Source of the DNA: an uncultured Chloroflexia bacterium
GTDB taxonomy: Bacteria > Chloroflexota > Anaerolineae > Anaerolineales > UBA4823
DNA: 64,000 nucleotides
Direction: 5' to 3'
Assembly (NCBI GenBank): GCA_963776795.1
Contig: CAVZNX010000017.1
Span: 44,145 to 108,144 of the forward strand
Below are positions 58,691 to 64,000 of the stretch, in pieces. Under the pieces are notes generated by a model. That model did no database searches. It was not told the origin of the DNA and saw only the letters and a list, made by a program, of their open reading frames with translations. How positions within the stretch are numbered: the stretch's first letter is position 1; the number at the start of each line of letters is the position of its first letter. A program made the position numbers and the translations under genes.

Positions 58691-60395
58691 ATGAAGGTCA
58701 TTATTGTTGGTGGAGTAGCTGGCGGCGCCTCGTGTGCCGCCCGCTTGCGTAGGTTAGATGAAAATGCAGAGATCCTGATGGTGGAGCGTGGCCCGTACGT
58801 ATCCTACGCGAACTGCGGTCTACCTTACCATGTCGGAGGCTCGATCGAAAAAGAGTGCGAGCCTCCTGGTGGCTACTGAGCAGACGTTCCGTGAACAGTT
58901 CGCAATCGATTGCCGCACGCGCTGTGAAGTGATCGGCATCTCAGCAGCAGAAAAGACCGTGCAACTCAAGAATCACGCAACCGGTGAGGTAACCACAGAG
59001 CACTACGATAAACTGGTGCTGTCGCCAGGAGCTGCTCCGATTCGACCCCCACTGCCTGGTATCGACCTCCCAGGAATCTTCTCCGTGAGAACCGTGCCGG
59101 ATGCCAGGGTCATTCGCGAATGGCTTGACCGGGATCTTGCAGATCGAACTGGAATGAACTCTTACACCGGCTACCAGACGGTCGTGAAAGCGCAACGGGC
59201 GGTGGTGATCGGTGGTGGATTCATCGGTCTCGAAATGGTGGAAAACTTGATCCTGCGCGGGCTCGAAGTGACATTGATCGAGAAGCTCAATCAGGTCATG
59301 CCCCCACTCGATCCGGAAATGGCACACCTTGTCGAACGCTATATGGTTAAGCATGGCGTCCATCTCGAGCTCAATGACGGCGTGGCAGGATTCCAACAAG
59401 CTGCAGATGGCTCGCTGGAAGTACTTACAAGCTCCGGCAAAAAACATCCGGCGGATATCGTGATCCTCGCCATCGGCGTGCGACCCGAGACAGCCCTGGC
59501 GAAGATGGCTGGAATCGAGATCGGTCAGCGCGGCGGGATCCGTGTGGATGAACACATGCATACGAGCGACCCGGATATCTTTGCCGTCGGCGATGCCGTG
59601 GAGGTCAAAGATTTCGTCACTGGGCAGTGGTCGCTGGTCGCGCTGGCGGGGCCTGCAAACCGGCAGGGCCGCATCGCAGCTGACGTGATCGCTGGACGCG
59701 ACAGCCGTTTCAGGGGCACACAGGGCACCTCGATCTGCCAGATCTTCGAGGCTGCGATCGCCCAGACCGGCACAACAGAAAAAGTCCTTACCCAGCTTGG
59801 GGAGACGGATTTCGAGAAGATCTATCTCTACCCGAATTCACACGCCGGGTACTACCCGGGTGCCAAGTACATTGCGATGAAAGTCATCTTCAGAAAATCC
59901 GACGGACGCCTGCTTGGCGCCCAAGTGCTCGGCGAGGATGGTGTACCCAAGCGGATCGATTCCTTTGCAATGGCGATCCAGATGGGCTGTACCATTTACG
60001 ACCTGGAAGAAGCCGAGCTCAGTTATGCACCCCCGTTTGGAAGCGCGAAGGACCCGGTCAACTTTGCAGGGATGGTGGCTGCGGATATCCTGCGCAGCGA
60101 TATGCCGCTCTGTCACTGGAATTCTGAAGACAGCGGGTTCTTGCTCGATGTACGCAACCCTGCGGAGCTTGCCGTTGAGACTGTTCCGGGTGCAATCAAC
60201 ATCCCATTGCCACAGCTGCGGGCACGCCTTGCGGAACTTCCGCGTGACAAAGAGATACTCGTGATCTGCCGCTCCGGCCAACGCGCCTACTATGCAACGC
60301 GCGTCCTGTTACAGAATGGGTTCAAAGCCCGGACGATGGCAGGAGGTATGCTGTCACGCTCGATGCTGGTACAGAAGAGTGAAATGCTGGAGTAA
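58691..60395 (+). CDS. CoA-disulfide reductase / NAD(P)H persulfide-reductase-type flavoprotein with a C-terminal rhodanese domain, split by an apparent 1-nt insertion near 58845-58860
   Basis: MKVIIVGGVAGGASCA (FAD site) and SYANCGLPY (redox Cys) in ORF 58661..58879. The rest is in the +1 frame ORF 58788..60395 (VVIGGGFIGLEM NAD site; rhodanese CRSGQRA). The break is at an A5 run, 58848-58852. Confidence 0.8.
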
Positions 60396-60474
60396 GAATA
60401 CAGAAAGCACAGTGCGTTACCTCCGAGAATTGTTACAGCGATACGCGAATTAGTTGACCTTTAGAGGAGAAACC

Positions 60475-63216
60475 ATGGCAGGGCAAGAAATCGTCGACGT
60501 GACAGAACAGAAAAGGTTGAATGAAGCGCGCGAGGCGGGAATCCCGTGGAAGAAATGGGGACCTTACCTCAGTGAGAGGCAGTGGGGCACGGTCCGGGAG
60601 GACTATAGCGAAGGTGGTGATGCCTGGAATTACTTCAATCATGACCAGTCGCGCTCGCGGGCTTATCGCTGGGGTGAGGACGGCCTGGGGGGGATTAGCG
60701 ACGACAAGCAACGGCTATGCTTTGCACTTGCTTTGTGGAACGAGCATGATCCCATCCTGAAGGAACGCATGTTCGGGCTGACGAACAGTGAGGCCAACCA
60801 CGGTGAGGATGTGAAGGAGTACTACTTCTACATTGATAGTACTCCCACACACTCCTATATGAAGTATCTGTATAAGTATCCACAGCGTGAGTATCCTTAC
60901 CGAGACCTGATCGAGACAAACGGAAGCCGGTCACGAGAAGATTACGAGTACGAGCTGCTCGATACGGGTGTATTTGATGACGACCGGTACTTTGACGTGT
61001 TCGTGGAATACGCCAAGGCAGGTCCGGAAGATATACTCATCCGAATCACCGTTCATAACCGCGGGCCGGAAGCAGCCCGGCTTCGTATCCTGCCAACGCT
61101 GTGGTTCCGTAATACCTGGTCGTGGGGAGATGACGAGCCTAAGCCTTCTCTACGAGAATCGGGACATGGAGTCATTCAAGCCTCGCATCCTGAGCTAGGA
61201 GAGTATTGGCTGTATTGTGATGGAGAGCCAGAGTTGCTCTTCACCGAGAATGAGTCGAATACACAGCGCCTATGGGGTCAACCCAATACCTCTCCGTATG
61301 TGAAGGATGCATTCCACGCCTACATTGTCTCGGGACAGAGCGATGTGGTCAATCCCGCTAAACTGGGGACCAAGGCCGCGGCTAATTACGTGCTGGAAGT
61401 GCCCGGCAACGGCAGCCAAATTGTCCGTTTGCGACTCACAGCTGCCCAGGCAGACGACGCCTTCAACAGATTTGAGGGGATATTCGAAAACCGGATCATG
61501 GAGGCGGATGAATTCTATGAGCGAATCACGCCGAAATCTCTGAGTGAAGACGAGTACCGGGTCCACCGCCAGGCGCTGGCAGGAATGTTGTGGGGCAAAC
61601 AGTTCTACTATTTCGACCTGGAGCGTTGGTTGATGGAACACAAGAGTCATCCACTGCTCGAAACCACCCAGCAAGGTGTACGGAACACGGAATGGTTCCA
61701 CATGCTGAACGCCGATGTGATATCGATGCCGGACAAGTGGGAGTATCCGTGGTATGCGGCCTGGGACCTGGCATTCCACACCATCGCCCTGTCAGTAGTG
61801 GATTTCGATTTTGCCAAGGAGCAACTGCTGATGTTGCTGCGCAGCCTCTATTTCCACCCCAACGGGCAAATTCCCGCCTACGAGTGGAACTTCAGCGACG
61901 TCAATCCCCCGGTACATGCCTGGGCCACGCTGTGGCTTTATAAATACGAGCGGACACTAGGTCGGGCAGACTTGCGGTTCCTGGAGCGCTCATTCCAGGG
62001 ATTGATGCTTAACTTCAACTGGTGGGTTAACCGGAAGGATCCCGCTGGGCACAACGTCTTCGCCGGCGGCTTTCTCGGACTTGACAATATCGGCGTATTC
62101 GACCGCAGCGCACAGCTTCCCACCGGTGGATCGCTGGAGCAAGCGGATGGGACAGCCTGGATGGCGTTCTATTGCCAGTGCATGCTGGAGATGGCCTTAA
62201 TCCTGACCGAATACGACCCGATGTACGAAGAGATCGCCTTCAAGTTTGTACAGCATTTCATGTGGATTTCCTATGCCATGGACCGGATCGGCGAGCATCA
62301 CGACGAGATGTGGGACGAGCAGGATGGGTTCTTCTATGATCTGCTGCGGTTACCTGATGGCCAGGCCATGCGTTTAAAAGTACGCTCGTTGGTTGGACTT
62401 CTGCCGCTGTGCGCCTCCACGGTGTTCGAAGCGGATTCCGTGACGAAATATCCGAAATTCATGGAGATGGTTGCCCTCTTCCGGAAACGTCATCCGGAAC
62501 TGATTTCCCACGTATCCCCGACCGATGAGGGTTTCATCGGTTATAAGGGAAGACGGCTGTTATCGATCCTTAACAAAACGAAGCTGGAGCGGGTGCTTGG
62601 TTATCTACTAGACGAAAACGAGTTCCTTGGTCCACACGGCATCCGTTCTCTATCGCGCTATCATCTGGATCATCCGTTTACTTTTTGGGTGGGTGATCAG
62701 GAGTATAAGGTGCAGTACTTGCCAGCTGAATCGAATACTGGGATGTTCGGTGGGAACTCGAATTGGCGAGGACCAGTGTGGATGCCAGTCAATGGGCTGA
62801 TCGTTCGAGCGCTGTTGAATCTATACAGTTTTTACGGAGACGAATTCAAGGTCCAGTGTCCGACCGGTTCTGGACATTACATGACACTATTCGAAGTGGC
62901 TCAGGAAATCTCGAGCCGGCTGGCGGGTACTTTCCTGAGGGATGCTGAAGGACGCCGGCCTGTTTACGGAGGGATATCCAAGTTTCAACAAGATCCACAT
63001 TGGCGAGACCTGATCCTGTTTCATGAGTACTTCCACGGTGACAATGGAGCAGGGCTCGGAGCCAGCCACCAAACGGGTTGGACTGGTCTCATCGCCGTTC
63101 TGCTGGATATCTTTGGCCGTGTCGACGCCCAGAGACTGCTGGAGACCGAACGCTCTCGCCTGACTTCACGGCTTGTGAGAGAACAAGTGGGCGGGGATTC
63201 GGTGGGCGAGAATTAA
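60475..63216 (+). CDS. GH63-like (MGH1-like) glycoside hydrolase / glucosidase
   Basis: ATG 60475 (SD AGAGGAG) inside ORF 60454..63216. N-terminal WKKWGPYLSERQWGTVREDYS..GDAWNYF.HD.SRSRAYRWGEDGL and LKERMFGLTNSE.NHGEDVKEYYFY are characteristic of this family as I remember it. Confidence 0.7.
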   Translation: MAGQEIVDVTEQKRLNEAREAGIPWKKWGPYLSERQWGTVREDYSEGGDAWNYFNHDQSRSRAYRWGEDGLGGISDDKQRLCFALALWNEHDPILKERMFGLTNSEANHGEDVKEYYFYIDSTPTHSYMKYLYKYPQREYPYRDLIETNGSRSREDYEYELLDTGVFDDDRYFDVFVEYAKAGPEDILIRITVHNRGPEAARLRILPTLWFRNTWSWGDDEPKPSLRESGHGVIQASHPELGEYWLYCDGEPELLFTENESNTQRLWGQPNTSPYVKDAFHAYIVSGQSDVVNPAKLGTKAAANYVLEVPGNGSQIVRLRLTAAQADDAFNRFEGIFENRIMEADEFYERITPKSLSEDEYRVHRQALAGMLWGKQFYYFDLERWLMEHKSHPLLETTQQGVRNTEWFHMLNADVISMPDKWEYPWYAAWDLAFHTIALSVVDFDFAKEQLLMLLRSLYFHPNGQIPAYEWNFSDVNPPVHAWATLWLYKYERTLGRADLRFLERSFQGLMLNFNWWVNRKDPAGHNVFAGGFLGLDNIGVFDRSAQLPTGGSLEQADGTAWMAFYCQCMLEMALILTEYDPMYEEIAFKFVQHFMWISYAMDRIGEHHDEMWDEQDGFFYDLLRLPDGQAMRLKVRSLVGLLPLCASTVFEADSVTKYPKFMEMVALFRKRHPELISHVSPTDEGFIGYKGRRLLSILNKTKLERVLGYLLDENEFLGPHGIRSLSRYHLDHPFTFWVGDQEYKVQYLPAESNTGMFGGNSNWRGPVWMPVNGLIVRALLNLYSFYGDEFKVQCPTGSGHYMTLFEVAQEISSRLAGTFLRDAEGRRPVYGGISKFQQDPHWRDLILFHEYFHGDNGAGLGASHQTGWTGLIAVLLDIFGRVDAQRLLETERSRLTSRLVREQVGGDSVGEN

Positions 63217-63225
63217 GGAGGAAAT

Positions 63226-64000
63226 ATGTCCAACCATTTCTATCCTTCGCTGTACCAGATCAATACCCGCGTGTGGCTGACGGAGCTATCCCGGAAGCTT
63301 GATCGGGCAGCGACGCTGGATGACATCCCGGATGCCAAGCTTGACCAGCTAGAAGAGCTGGGATTCGACTGGGTCTGGTTTTTAAGTGTATGGCAAACCG
63401 GGGCAGTTGGACAGCGCATTTCCCGTGAAAACCGTGAATGGTTGAAGGAGTTTAAAGAAACACTCCCAGATCTGCAGGATGAGGATATCCGAGGTTCTGG
63501 TTTCGCGATCACGGCCTATACCGTCGCGCCTGAGATGGGCGGCGAGGCAGCCCTGATCCGCCTGCGTAAACGGATGGCTAAACGCGGGCTAAAGTTAATG
63601 CTCGACTTTGTTCCGAACCACATGGCGATCGATCACCCCTGGGTGAATGAGCACCCCGAATATTTCATCTCAGGCACACCAGAGCTGTTAGCCCGTGAAC
63701 CAGAAAACTATATCCGACTCAAAGGCAAAGATGGCGACGTGATCTTAGCTCACGGCCGGGATCCGTACTTCCCCGGCTGGCCGGATACCCTGCAGCTTGA
63801 TTACAGCAATGACTTCACCCAGGAAGCGATGCTCGGGGAGCTCAGAAAAATCGCAGCACAGTGCGATGGTGTGCGCTGTGATATGGCCATGTTAATCCTT
63901 CCTGAGGTATTTGAGCGAACATGGGGCAGGAAACCTGAACCGTTCTGGCCGCGCGCGATCAAGATCGCCCACGAATGGTCTCCTGACTTCTGCTTCATGG
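63226..64000 (+). CDS. GH13 alpha-amylase-family glycoside hydrolase, 5' part (continues beyond window)
   Basis: ATG 63226 with AAGGAGG SD. My translation MSNHFYPSLYQINTRVWL... contains LMLDFVPNHMAIDHPW (GH13 region I) and GVRCDMAM (region II). Open to the window end; not in the ORF track. Confidence 0.7.
   Translation, partial: MSNHFYPSLYQINTRVWLTELSRKLDRAATLDDIPDAKLDQLEELGFDWVWFLSVWQTGAVGQRISRENREWLKEFKETLPDLQDEDIRGSGFAITAYTVAPEMGGEAALIRLRKRMAKRGLKLMLDFVPNHMAIDHPWVNEHPEYFISGTPELLAREPENYIRLKGKDGDVILAHGRDPYFPGWPDTLQLDYSNDFTQEAMLGELRKIAAQCDGVRCDMAMLILPEVFERTWGRKPEPFWPRAIKIAHEWSPDFCFM

Noticed and set aside
236-58879. Programmed ribosomal frameshifting as an explanation for the split genes
   Set aside because: The nine sites share no slippery heptamer or downstream structure and occur in unrelated gene families. 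The paralogue comparison points to simple base gain or loss at short homopolymers.
1-64000. Mobile element, prophage or defence island
   Set aside because: No transposase, integrase, recombinase, restriction, Cas, toxin-antitoxin or phage structural gene was recognised. The only STAND-type NTPases carry DNA-binding output domains typical of transcription factors.

Overview
Bacterial chromosomal window with moderate GC by eye. I recognised no rRNA, complete tRNA, CRISPR array, transposase, integrase or phage gene. The coding strand switches once: credible genes at 1-14131 are all on the minus strand, and every credible gene from 14218 to the end is on the plus strand. Content: (i) a giant cyclic beta-1,2-glucan-synthase-like gene preceded by a tandem-domain Usp gene. 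(ii) Two adjacent AI-2E transporters and a run of small general-stress/membrane proteins (lmo0937-like, CsbD, GlsB/YeaQ/YmgE). (iii) A SARP/BTAD-ATPase regulator. (iv) A 1.3-kb two-gene module with a conserved leader, present twice (17.1-18.5 kb and 22.7-24.0 kb), flanking dodecin, M48 protease and UbiA prenyltransferase genes. (v) A cbpA/cbpM-like chaperone operon. (vi) A MalT-like LuxR cassette (regulator, small DQAAL-motif protein, membrane protein, DUF6325-like protein, SHOCT protein), present twice (27.5-32.7 kb and 52.1-58.7 kb). A third DUF6325-like gene at 39.3 kb is followed by a 78-aa ORF built from five 39-nt repeats encoding GPNPPGPVGGVGR. (vii) A transporter/channel island: three SulP, arylsulfatase, Kv-type K+ channel, ClC, AI-2E, DUF2254, YihY. 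(viii) CoA-disulfide-reductase/rhodanese, GH63-like and GH13 genes. At least nine single-base frame breaks split otherwise recognisable genes; the pattern looks more like homopolymer consensus error than gene decay. I see no complete recognisable defence or mobile system. The most novel-looking items are the repeat-peptide ORF, the recurrent DUF6325 modules and the duplicated leader-bearing stress module. All family names come from motif recognition by eye, not from database searches.
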